Positions 44,235 through 52,627 of a stretch of 64,000 bases of DNA are shown here, in pieces. How positions within the stretch are numbered: the stretch's first letter is position 1; each line of letters begins with the position of its first letter. Below the pieces are notes generated by a model that did not search any database, was not told the DNA's origin, and saw only the letters and a program-made list of their open reading frames with translations. Location: positions 27,336 through 91,335 of IMG/VR virus record IMGVR_UViG_3300020390_000002; one strand, written 5' to 3'. The stretch is from a virus. The position numbers and the translations under genes are program-made.

Positions 44235-44279
44235 TGGTGGAGCCGGGCGGAATCGAACCGCCGACCTTCGCATTGCGAA
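44235..44279 (-). other. attP identity block: 3' half of tRNA-Ala(CGC)
   Basis: Minus strand TTCGCAATGCGAAGGTCGGCGGTTCGATTCCGCCCGGCTCCACCA: anticodon loop, T-arm and CCA. 5' half absent. Confidence 0.9.
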
Positions 44280-44407
44280 GTCAGTGGTGACTTATTTACA
44301 CACTCAGCATTGACTTATAAAATCAGCCGCTTATGGCCGATAAATAATGCTTTCAAAGGTTATTGCCATGCTGCCGCCTTTGTATATAATACCTCAGCGC
44401 TGACCAC
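44277..44407. promoter_or_regulatory. Three operator copies at attP/int promoter (44277, 44300, 44390)
   Basis: GAAGTCAGTGGTGACTTA, ACACTCAGCATTGACTTA and TACCTCAGCGCTGACCAC. Confidence 0.75.
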
Positions 44408-44506
44408 ATTTTGGCCCTAATTTAGCGCCTTCGGCAACTGTGGCCACAAAATCGTGGCCACAGTTTTCTCGCAGAAAAGGGGTCTGAAGTTTCACTGGGA
44501 GCTTAG

Positions 44507-46036
44507 ATGCCGCAACTCAAACTCACGCAGGCCAACCTGGACGCCCTGCCCCCACCGGGCGACAGCCCGGTTGAATACACAGACACGGAGCTGACAGGCT
44601 TCATGCTTCGCCGCGGGCGGCGCGGCATGACCTTCTATGTTCGCGCCTACGATCCCGCCACCCGGCGACGGGCACGGATCAAGCTCGGCACGGATCGGCA
44701 GATCAGCGTGTCGAAGGCGCGAAAGCTCGCGCAGGATCGCCTGGCTGATGCGCGCGTTGCGGTCAGCTCCGGCGAGACGATCACCAAGGACCGGCGCGAC
44801 GATCGCCCCACCGACATAACCCTCAAGCAGTCACTCGAACAGATGCTGAGGGAGCGCCAGCACCGGCTATCCGAGAAGACCCGGCGCAGCTACGAGGCCG
44901 TGATCGAGAATCACATGAGCGACTGGCTCAATCTGCCGATCACCAAAATCACCCCCACGATGGTCATCGAGCGTCACGCGAAGATCAGCGCCATGCGCGG
45001 CGGCGACGGTCACCTGGGCGGCAAGGTCGCGGCGAATACCGCCTGCGACGTGCTGCGCACGATCATCAACTACATATCGAACCGCTACGTCGACAGTCTC
45101 GGGCAGCCGATGATCCTGTATAACCCGACGAACTCCCTGAAGGCGCTCAAGCTGCGCAACCCAGTCAAGCGCCGCAAGACCATCGTGAAGCGATCCGATC
45201 TGAATCGCTGGCTGGCGGACATCTGCAACTACCCGAACGAGCACCGCCGCGACCTCGCCCTGTTCGTCTGGCAAACCGGCGCTCGCCCCGGAGAGCCTGA
45301 GCAGCTGGAGTGGCCACAGGTGGACTTCGAGGAGCGCAGCTTCACCTTCGAAAAGACCAAGAACGGCGACGAGCTGCATCTGCCGATGAGCGACTTTCTG
45401 TACGCCCTGTTCGCTCATCGCTGGGAGCACTACGGTCGGCACGGCGCGCGCTATGTGTTCGGCTGGAAGAAGGACGAGCCGATCGGCGACATCAAGCACG
45501 TGCTGAAGGTGCTTCAGCGCGGCAATCAGGTGCGCTTCACATTCCAGGATATGAGGCGCGGCTTCGTCACCGCCTGCGAAGCGTGTCAGATCGGCTTTCT
45601 CACCTACAAACGTCTGGTGAATCATCGCATCGACCATAGCGACGTCACCGCCGGCTACTTCGTCGGCGAGGTGGAGACACTGCGTGGCCCATCGCAGAGC
45701 ATTTCCAACTACCAGCTGCAGGTGGCCAACGCAGTGCTGGCGCCGTGCGACGACCCGCCGGCCGGCGCCCTGGTCATCGACTTCGAAGACCGCATGCTGA
45801 CCACCAGCCAGGCCGCTCAGGCATCCGGCATGACCAAGGCGTGGTTCGAAGGCCAGCGCCACACGAACAAGGATGGCGGGCCGCCCTTCTACAAGGTGGC
45901 CCGCGACATCGCCTATCGAGAAAGCGAACTCAAGGCGTGGTTCGAGGCCCAGGGGAGAGTCTACGGGCAGCGCGCAAGAAAGCCGCGACTGAGTGAGCGC
46001 CGGCGCAAGGAGCTGATCCGGGCGATAATGCGCTGA
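44507..46036 (+). CDS. int: Tyrosine integrase with N-terminal arm-binding domain and C-terminal AlpA/Xis-like HTH
   Basis: DTELTGFMLR arm-binding domain. TGAR, TKNG, QDMRR, LVNH and TAGY catalytic motifs. LTTSQAA...GPPFYKV..IAYRESELKAW. Confidence 0.92.
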   Translation: MPQLKLTQANLDALPPPGDSPVEYTDTELTGFMLRRGRRGMTFYVRAYDPATRRRARIKLGTDRQISVSKARKLAQDRLADARVAVSSGETITKDRRDDRPTDITLKQSLEQMLRERQHRLSEKTRRSYEAVIENHMSDWLNLPITKITPTMVIERHAKISAMRGGDGHLGGKVAANTACDVLRTIINYISNRYVDSLGQPMILYNPTNSLKALKLRNPVKRRKTIVKRSDLNRWLADICNYPNEHRRDLALFVWQTGARPGEPEQLEWPQVDFEERSFTFEKTKNGDELHLPMSDFLYALFAHRWEHYGRHGARYVFGWKKDEPIGDIKHVLKVLQRGNQVRFTFQDMRRGFVTACEACQIGFLTYKRLVNHRIDHSDVTAGYFVGEVETLRGPSQSISNYQLQVANAVLAPCDDPPAGALVIDFEDRMLTTSQAAQASGMTKAWFEGQRHTNKDGGPPFYKVARDIAYRESELKAWFEAQGRVYGQRARKPRLSERRRKELIRAIMR

Positions 46037-46334
46037 ACAGCCGCACGATCTTGTGCGGCCGGGACAGGTCGGTGCGCTTGTTCATCGAGAGCACCGACAG
46101 ACACGCCACCATGCCGAGCCGGAGATTGTTGCCCTCGAAGGGCGCCAGGTCCACCAGGGCCGCTGCGTATTCAGCGGCCACATCGTAGACGTCCCCACCT
46201 TCGGCTTCACGCGACAGGGCGCGCGCTAGGACCTCGTCCAGGGCTGCGTCGTCGCGCACCCCTGCCCTACCTCCGTGATGACGCTGAATCCGCCCGTGAG
46301 CGTCCAGCAGCGCGATCCGAGACAGGTGTTTCAT
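45930..46334 (-). CDS. Doc/Fic-like protein with degenerate active site
   Basis: H..I..HGG..GVRD..L...LAR. APFEGNNLR in place of HPFxDGNKR. Confidence 0.75.
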   Translation of the reverse strand: MKHLSRIALLDAHGRIQRHHGGRAGVRDDAALDEVLARALSREAEGGDVYDVAAEYAAALVDLAPFEGNNLRLGMVACLSVLSMNKRTDLSRPHKIVRLFSALSPGSAPCAGAHSVAAFLRAARRLSPGPRTTP

Positions 46335-46561
46335 GCGTCGTCGAGCGCTTGAATCTCGCTAGCGCGCTCGACGATGGTCTTGCTCGTGTGCTGCAGCCGA
46401 CGCACGAGGTCGGGGTCGAATTTCGTGAGCAGCAGACCGTCCGTGGTCAGGCTGACATGCAGATGATAGCCCTCCGCCACGCCCATCGTGTCGAGCAGTG
46501 TCTTGGGCAGAATCACGCCGGTGGAGTTGCCCACCGCGCGGAGCACCACGCGCTGACTCAC
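46331..46561 (-). CDS. AbrB/MazE-family antitoxin-like protein
   Basis: GTG start overlapping the previous stop. LRAVGNSTGVILPKTLL..MGV.EG. Confidence 0.85.
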   Translation of the reverse strand: MSQRVVLRAVGNSTGVILPKTLLDTMGVAEGYHLHVSLTTDGLLLTKFDPDLVRRLQHTSKTIVERASEIQALDDA

Positions 46562-47151
46562 GCGGCGCTGTCGCCGCGAATTTCGTCCATCCAGTCCTGG
46601 GCGTAGAAGGTCAGCCAGTCCATGTCGGACGGCACCACGTAATCGTCGTATCGACCCGCCTTGTCGCGCCAGTGGCGTTCGGAATCGAGCAGGAAGCGCA
46701 GGCGCGAGCGGTAGACTTCCGGGTCGGCGAGCTTGTCGTTCATCGCCCGCAGTAGCAGGCGCTCGATCAGAACCTCGTCGGGCTGGTCGACGAATACGGA
46801 ATGGACCGTCCAGCCGTGCTTCCTGCCTGCCACCTTGAACTGGCGCTTGCCGTGGGGATCGCAGACCACAACGATCGGCTTGCCGAGCAGCGCGAGGCGC
46901 TGGATTTCGGCAACGCTCACGCCGTAGCGATAGCCGTTGAAGTCGACACACTCCACGAACTGACCTGCGGCATCCATCATGTCGAAGTATTCGGGGGCCA
47001 CGAAGTAGTAGTCCTTGGCGTCGACCTCACCCTGGCGGATAGGTCGGGTGGTGACCGAAATGACCTTGCCGAAGCCGTGTTCGACCATGACCTTTTCGAG
47101 GGTGGATTTACCGGAGCAGCACGGCCCGGTGAGCGTGATGATGTGGATCAT
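46558..47151 (-). CDS. Guanylate kinase-like NMP kinase
   Basis: LTGPCCSGKST, SVTTRPIRQGEVDAKDYYFV and FNGYRYG. Confidence 0.88.
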   Translation of the reverse strand: MIHIITLTGPCCSGKSTLEKVMVEHGFGKVISVTTRPIRQGEVDAKDYYFVAPEYFDMMDAAGQFVECVDFNGYRYGVSVAEIQRLALLGKPIVVVCDPHGKRQFKVAGRKHGWTVHSVFVDQPDEVLIERLLLRAMNDKLADPEVYRSRLRFLLDSERHWRDKAGRYDDYVVPSDMDWLTFYAQDWMDEIRGDSAA

Positions 47152-47153
47152 GG

Positions 47154-48656
47154 TTACTCCTTGTGGCCCGGATGGGCGGTGTCGCGGAAGCGCTTGAAGC
47201 GCGGGTGACGGAGTGAGCCGTCGGGCGTGACTTCGTGATACTCGACCTCGATGATTCGGCCAAGCAGTCGCATGGCGACGCCTGGAATCTGTGTGTCCTT
47301 GATGTCCGCCTGATAGTCCGCCCACAGCTCGACACGCTGCGCATCCGACCAGCCACCGCCGACCCGGACCTCGACGCCCTCGTGGTCGACGATCACGCCA
47401 CCGAGCTGACCCTCATACTTGGTGCCGGCCTCGCCCTCGAAGGCGCCTATAATCTTGAGGTCTTCACTTTCCTCAGCCTTCACCTTAAGCCAGTGGTAAC
47501 TGCGCTTGGGCTCGTAGCACCCATCGAAGGGCTTGACGATCACACCCTCGAGACCGCGCGCCATCACGGCTGCCGCGATCGACTGCACTTCCTCGTCGGA
47601 GCCGGCGATGTAGCGCTTCGACAGCTGAACCTTATCGAGCGGCCGGGCTCGGGTGCTGTCCACATCGATGAACAGCTCCCTAAGCAGACCATAGTGGGTC
47701 GTGTTATCTGCTTCGCTGCCGTTCTCGAACTCGTCGAGCGACAGAAGGTTGAACACATGAAAGACCGCGTCCTTAGCCTCCTCTCCCTTCTTGCGCACAG
47801 CCGATACCGTGTCGTTAAAGCTGCCGGTAACCACTTCGCCGTCGATGACGATCGTGTTGGTCTCTTCGGAAAGCAGCGTGGTGTATTCGAGACCCCCGCA
47901 ATCGGGACAGGGTGCGTCAGAGCGCAAGTGGGAGCCCGTGCCGCCCATTTTCTCGTCGATCGTGCCTACCCCCTCGCAGGTCGTGCATCGCTGATTGAAC
48001 TGCTCTGCCGCCGCTATCGCTAGCTCGGTGAGCTGGAACTCGATGTCCTGACCGAAGGAGGTGAACGCCTTGCCGGAGCGCGACAGGAAGTCGACAGTGA
48101 CCGGGCCGTCCGGCGGCATCTTCACCACCGCCAGAACGCGCACACCGTCGAGCTTGATCTCGACGCCGACCGGCCAGGACTTGATCCGCTTGGCCTCGTA
48201 TTTGTGCGCCAGCATCGGGCTGAACTTCGTGATCAGGCCCGGGAACGCCTTGTTGATCGACGAGATATTCATGCCGATCTTGAGGTCGCGGTCGATGATC
48301 TTGATTAGCAGGTAGCGACCTTCGTAGGACTGCGACGCCATGACGCCCGCGTAGGAATCGGCAGCCGCTAGGCCAGTCAGCTTGCGCGCTGACAGCTCGG
48401 CCAGGAGCTTGGGCACGATCCAGAACTCGCCCTCGCCGTTCGGCTCGGCCACGCCCTTCGGGTGCTTCTTGATCCCGTAGGTGGTCATCGGATCGTAGGT
48501 CGCGACCAGCAGCCACTTCATCAGCGGCATCGCGTGCTCGGGCGTCGCCTGCAGCGCGTCGATCTTGGCCTTGCCGGAGGCTTTCTTTATCGCCTCGAGC
48601 TGCTGATAGACGGCGTCGACGCAGGCCGGCGCGTAGTGTTCGGTGCTGAGTGTCAT
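47154..48656 (-). CDS. ATP-dependent DNA ligase
   Basis: PMLA, EIKLDGVR, IDGE, EGVIVK, WLKVK, VGGG and SLRHPRF. Confidence 0.95.
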   Translation of the reverse strand: MTLSTEHYAPACVDAVYQQLEAIKKASGKAKIDALQATPEHAMPLMKWLLVATYDPMTTYGIKKHPKGVAEPNGEGEFWIVPKLLAELSARKLTGLAAADSYAGVMASQSYEGRYLLIKIIDRDLKIGMNISSINKAFPGLITKFSPMLAHKYEAKRIKSWPVGVEIKLDGVRVLAVVKMPPDGPVTVDFLSRSGKAFTSFGQDIEFQLTELAIAAAEQFNQRCTTCEGVGTIDEKMGGTGSHLRSDAPCPDCGGLEYTTLLSEETNTIVIDGEVVTGSFNDTVSAVRKKGEEAKDAVFHVFNLLSLDEFENGSEADNTTHYGLLRELFIDVDSTRARPLDKVQLSKRYIAGSDEEVQSIAAAVMARGLEGVIVKPFDGCYEPKRSYHWLKVKAEESEDLKIIGAFEGEAGTKYEGQLGGVIVDHEGVEVRVGGGWSDAQRVELWADYQADIKDTQIPGVAMRLLGRIIEVEYHEVTPDGSLRHPRFKRFRDTAHPGHKE

Positions 48657-48668
48657 TTGTTCTCCTTT

Positions 48669-48686
48669 TAAGTCAGTGCTGACTTA
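48669..48686. promoter_or_regulatory. Palindromic operator copy
   Basis: TAAGTCAGTGCTGACTTA. Confidence 0.88.
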
Positions 48687-48723
48687 GTATTTTACGCAGA
48701 ATGCAGCGGCGTGCAAGCGTTGG

Positions 48724-49209
48724 CTACCAGCTGCCGTATAGGTGATTGATCGATCGCCTGCGTTCCAGTAGTGATTGGGCATCGACTTCCTTCTCTGCCC
48801 CGGGCGCCGTCATGCGCCCAGCCACGAAATCGATCACATACCCCTTCATCATGGGGTTCAGGAGCACAAATCGAGGCTCGGACGCCGCCCATTCGAACAG
48901 CTCGTGGACCTGGCTTTCTGGGTAGAACTCCGATCTATACGTCCGCGGCCCGGGCCTTTCGCCGACGATGTTTGTCTTGATCCAGCCATTGATGCGACTG
49001 CTGACTCCCCTATGCGTGTCCAGAAAGTAGTTTTCGCACCCTTCCACGCCGGGTCGAGAGGACTGATGCTCGAACACCAAGAGTGATTCGGCATCGAATC
49101 CTTTCCCCCTGCTCAGCTTCAGCATCCGCACAATATCGTTTCGACCCAGGTCATCTTTGTTGCCGGTGACGGTCGAATAATGGGCATATATGATCTGATT
49201 GAACTTCAT
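48724..49209 (-). CDS. Hypothetical protein with C-terminal LYGSW
   Basis: 161 aa, ATGA-coupled to primase. Confidence 0.7.
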   Translation of the reverse strand: MKFNQIIYAHYSTVTGNKDDLGRNDIVRMLKLSRGKGFDAESLLVFEHQSSRPGVEGCENYFLDTHRGVSSRINGWIKTNIVGERPGPRTYRSEFYPESQVHELFEWAASEPRFVLLNPMMKGYVIDFVAGRMTAPGAEKEVDAQSLLERRRSINHLYGSW

Positions 49210-51287
49210 GCGCGCACCCCTGACTTGAGCATCTGTTGCATGACGTATGTTCGCGTGACGAGCGCGGCGTTGCTATATGCCCGTCGCACAATATCTCCAG
49301 TCACCTCAGCTGCGTCCTTGCCGCCAGTGATGGTCGCGTTGCGCACATGAAATCCGTGCCCGGTCAGTGCCAGCCCAACCTTGAGTGCGCGCGCCTGGGC
49401 TTCCGGCTGGCTGTCCCAGAACATGACGATGGTGCGCAGTCCGTGGCGCTTGAGCGCGAGCAGCTGCGCGAGCTGGCTGGTCTCTCCTTTCATCGACAGC
49501 TCCATGCCGAACGAGGCCAGCGGCACGACATCGCGGGTGAAGCGATCGGCCTGGAACGCCTGCCAGGTGGCCATGACGTCGAAGGCGCCCTCGCCGATCG
49601 TGACGACAGACGCGCCCTTCGCTGTATGGGCGTTGAACAGGTAGCGTCCGGCGATCGAATAGCCGGGCGGATTCTGATACTTGGGCTCGCGCTCGCCGGT
49701 GATGTCGCGGCCCTGGAAGCTGACCATCTTGCCCTCCGCATCGAAGACAGGGATCAGCACCCGCTGAGCGTAATTCTGCCCGCGAGTCTCGCCGTCGAAG
49801 CCGGTGTAGTTGAACCAGCCGTTCTCGCAATACCGCAGCCGGAAGTGCTCCGCGGTCGCGGGCTGTATGTTGCGATCCCACAGGTAGTTGATCATCTGGC
49901 CGTTGCTCGGCATCGGGATCGAGTCAGGCAGGGTCAGCGCTGAGGTGTCGACCTCCACCGCCACTTTCGGGCGCGGCGGACGCCACCCCATTTCGCGGGC
50001 CACCTGCTTGACGTGCTGGACCACCGTGTAGTCGTTGCTCGCGCCGATGTGGGCCTTGATGAACGAATACTTGTTGAAGTTCTCGCCGGGCGGATGATCG
50101 CCGGCGAAGCAGTTCCGGCTATGTATGCCGTTTGCCAGCGCAAAACTTCCAGTGGTGGGAACCTCCGGACAATAGACCCGCTCGACCCTGGGTTCGTATG
50201 GCTTGTTTTTCCCGGCGGCAGTTTGTCTGAAAGACCACCTTTGAGTAGTATGCGCGCGACTTGAGTCCCAACTGACCCACCGATCCTTGTGCTGGTCAAT
50301 CAGAAAGTCGTCCGACGCCATACTCATTTTGGCGAAATGCAGATTTCCGGAGCTCTTGTGGCGTTTCCCGAAATTGGTTCTGCTCGACAGCATCGAGTGC
50401 GCCCGAGGAAGCCAGCCGATTACGGGCGCCCACCTGCGAGCCCACTCCGCCTCCTTTGGGCCGCAACAAAGGGATACCGTTCCCCTCTCGCACACGCACC
50501 CATCTGCGGCCAGCCAGCCTCGAAAGAAGCCCACGAGGTAATCGATGTCGCAGACGCTTGCCTCCGGCAGCGACTTGAACTCGCACCAAGCCTCGCGTCT
50601 TGCCACGTAGTATCGCGAGTCCACCCTGCCTTTCGACTCGATTAGCGAAAACGGAAACCGGCTCAGATGGGGGGCTATGCTGTCATGGTGCGAGCAAACC
50701 CGAATACGATAGGTGCCCGCGTTCTCCTTCGACCCATCACCGTAAATGAGCCCGTGGATTACACCCCTGGCATGCTGCTCTTTGCTGACCACACGTCTTG
50801 CGTAACGAAGATCGGCGACCTGACTCGAACCATCTTTTTTTCGCCTCAAATCCTTGGTGAGCACGACCTCACCATTCGGATCGATCCACCCGTGCTCTGC
50901 GGTCGAACGAACAGTAAGGTGGCCACTATTGGAGGCAAATTTCGCTGCATAGGTAGTTTGCAGACCGTAATCGCGGACGAGACAGGGCGTCCATTCGCCG
51001 TTGCCGTCAAGCAGCGTTACGGTCTGCCCAGCGACTTCCTCAATGGCGATCGCCCCGTATTCTCGGGTCAATATTTCGGTGTCGCCAGACAAACAGTTGC
51101 CGAGACCCGTCTCGGCGTTGAGAAAGACCTTGTGCTTGGTCGAACCGCAGACGGGGCACTCGCGCACGTTCAGCTGAACGCCGCTGGCACCCGTCTTCGT
51201 GCGGTAGTCGATGCCGTGCATGTCCAGATACAGCTCGATGTCGATCGTATCTAGAACATCGGTCAGCTCGTCACGGGCGGCGCTCAT
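49206..51287 (-). CDS. DNA primase (Zn finger plus TOPRIM), intein-containing
   Basis: CPVC...C Zn finger, FQGRDI..KY, IGEGAFDV and FWDS. Start MSAARD overlaps the helicase stop. Confidence 0.9.
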   Translation of the reverse strand: MSAARDELTDVLDTIDIELYLDMHGIDYRTKTGASGVQLNVRECPVCGSTKHKVFLNAETGLGNCLSGDTEILTREYGAIAIEEVAGQTVTLLDGNGEWTPCLVRDYGLQTTYAAKFASNSGHLTVRSTAEHGWIDPNGEVVLTKDLRRKKDGSSQVADLRYARRVVSKEQHARGVIHGLIYGDGSKENAGTYRIRVCSHHDSIAPHLSRFPFSLIESKGRVDSRYYVARREAWCEFKSLPEASVCDIDYLVGFFRGWLAADGCVCERGTVSLCCGPKEAEWARRWAPVIGWLPRAHSMLSSRTNFGKRHKSSGNLHFAKMSMASDDFLIDQHKDRWVSWDSSRAHTTQRWSFRQTAAGKNKPYEPRVERVYCPEVPTTGSFALANGIHSRNCFAGDHPPGENFNKYSFIKAHIGASNDYTVVQHVKQVAREMGWRPPRPKVAVEVDTSALTLPDSIPMPSNGQMINYLWDRNIQPATAEHFRLRYCENGWFNYTGFDGETRGQNYAQRVLIPVFDAEGKMVSFQGRDITGEREPKYQNPPGYSIAGRYLFNAHTAKGASVVTIGEGAFDVMATWQAFQADRFTRDVVPLASFGMELSMKGETSQLAQLLALKRHGLRTIVMFWDSQPEAQARALKVGLALTGHGFHVRNATITGGKDAAEVTGDIVRRAYSNAALVTRTYVMQQMLKSGVRA
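50112..51095 (-). mobile_element. Intein (328 aa) with LAGLIDADG endonuclease in primase
   Basis: N-terminal CLSGDTEILT, block B TAEHGW, GLIYGDG and GWLAADG, C-terminal VYCPEV..TGSFALANGIHSRN/C. Confidence 0.93.
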
Positions 51288-52627
51288 TCGACGCCCAACA
51301 CCGCCGTCAGCCACTTCATCTTGCTGCGATCCTGCTTGATGCGCACCGTGAACTCGTCGCGCTGGTTGCGCGACGCGGCGAAGAACAGGCGAGCCTCGCC
51401 ACGCATCTTCTCCTCTTCCGTGGCGTTGATACTGATCACCAGATCGGCGATGCGAATCTTATTGATGTCCTCCGCGACGTCGGTGGCTCGACCGACACTC
51501 GCCTTGGAGCCTTCACGGTTGAGCGCGGTCGCCGAGATCATGGCGAGATCCTCGGTGATCGCGATGTCGCGCACGCTCGTCCAGGTGTTCTTTGACTCGT
51601 CGCGCTTCTCGCTTTCCTTGTGGTCGGGCGCCATGATGTCGAGGTAGTCGGGGAAGACCGCATCGAACTTGATGCCCTTCGCCCGGTAGCGGCGAATCAG
51701 CCGCTTGAGGTCGGACGGCTTGAACGTCGATGCCGGATAGCGATGGATCATGAGCTTGCCGGCCTTGCCGCGCACCGCCTTGATCTTGCCGTCGATGTCC
51801 ATGATGTGGCTGGTGATCTCGGTCATGTCGGTCGAGGTCACGTTAGCGTCCAGGCGATCGGCGATGATCTCGTCGGAGACCTCGAGCGAGACGTAGAGAC
51901 AGTTGTAGCCGAGCAGTGACATGCCTTTCGCGACTTCGCCCAAGCCGGTCGATTTGCCCGACTTCGGCGCGCCCATGAGCACGGTCAACCCCTGACGCTC
52001 GAAGCCCTTGTAGTAGAGAAACTTGTCGAGTTCGGGCACACCGGAAGGGATACCCTTGGACGGCTTGATGCCGGCAACCTCGTCCTTGCGCCGTTGCGTG
52101 CGCAGGTCGATGTCGCCCCAGTAGTCGGTGAACTGCCCTTCCTCGTTGAGCCCGACCAGCTCGGCCTCGCCCATGATTCGGCGGATACCCTCGAAGTCAC
52201 GCTTGGCGTGCAGGTCGATGGCCTTGATCATGGCCTGGGCGTAGGCTTGCGAGCGCGCGAACTTCGCGACCTCGTCGGCGACGTATTCCCCGTCGGAGAG
52301 GTCCGATTTCCAGATCGAGCCGAGTGCGGCCTTGACGTCGTCGACCAGCTCCTTGCGCACGCGGCCGTCCGCGATGCGATCCTTGAGCAGCTTGACGAAG
52401 ATCGCGCGGCTGGGCGTCGTGCCATAGCGGTCGTAGTAATCCAGGCCGATGTCGACGAGCACGCCTTCGGCCACGCTCTCGAAATGAGCCGGGTCGATCA
52501 GTCCCTCGACCCGTTGCATGAAAGCCCCGTCGAGGATCGTCAGCGCGGCGACTTTGGTCTGGAACCCCGCGTCGAACTCATACGTCGGGGCGGAGCCGGC
52601 TGCCGCAGTGGTCGTGGCGGTCGTCAC
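51284..52627 (-). CDS. DnaB-like replicative helicase
   Basis: MGAPKSGKS, YVSLE, PDYLD, SATALNR and AEDINK. GTG start overlapping the upstream stop. Confidence 0.92.
   Translation of the reverse strand: MTTATTTAAAGSAPTYEFDAGFQTKVAALTILDGAFMQRVEGLIDPAHFESVAEGVLVDIGLDYYDRYGTTPSRAIFVKLLKDRIADGRVRKELVDDVKAALGSIWKSDLSDGEYVADEVAKFARSQAYAQAMIKAIDLHAKRDFEGIRRIMGEAELVGLNEEGQFTDYWGDIDLRTQRRKDEVAGIKPSKGIPSGVPELDKFLYYKGFERQGLTVLMGAPKSGKSTGLGEVAKGMSLLGYNCLYVSLEVSDEIIADRLDANVTSTDMTEITSHIMDIDGKIKAVRGKAGKLMIHRYPASTFKPSDLKRLIRRYRAKGIKFDAVFPDYLDIMAPDHKESEKRDESKNTWTSVRDIAITEDLAMISATALNREGSKASVGRATDVAEDINKIRIADLVISINATEEEKMRGEARLFFAASRNQRDEFTVRIKQDRSKMKWLTAVLGVE

Larger units (their letters stand above)
44091..44462. 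other. attP region with arm-type repeats and IHF-like sites
   Basis: TGTGGCCA(C/T)A-type repeats at 44091, 44167, 44439 and 44453. WATCARNNNNTTR matches at 44218-44230 (minus) and 44321-44333. Confidence 0.8.

Noticed and set aside
44235-44310. Complete tRNA-Ala gene
   Set aside because: Only the anticodon loop to CCA is present. The D-arm and 5' acceptor strand are replaced by operator sequence, so it is an att site.
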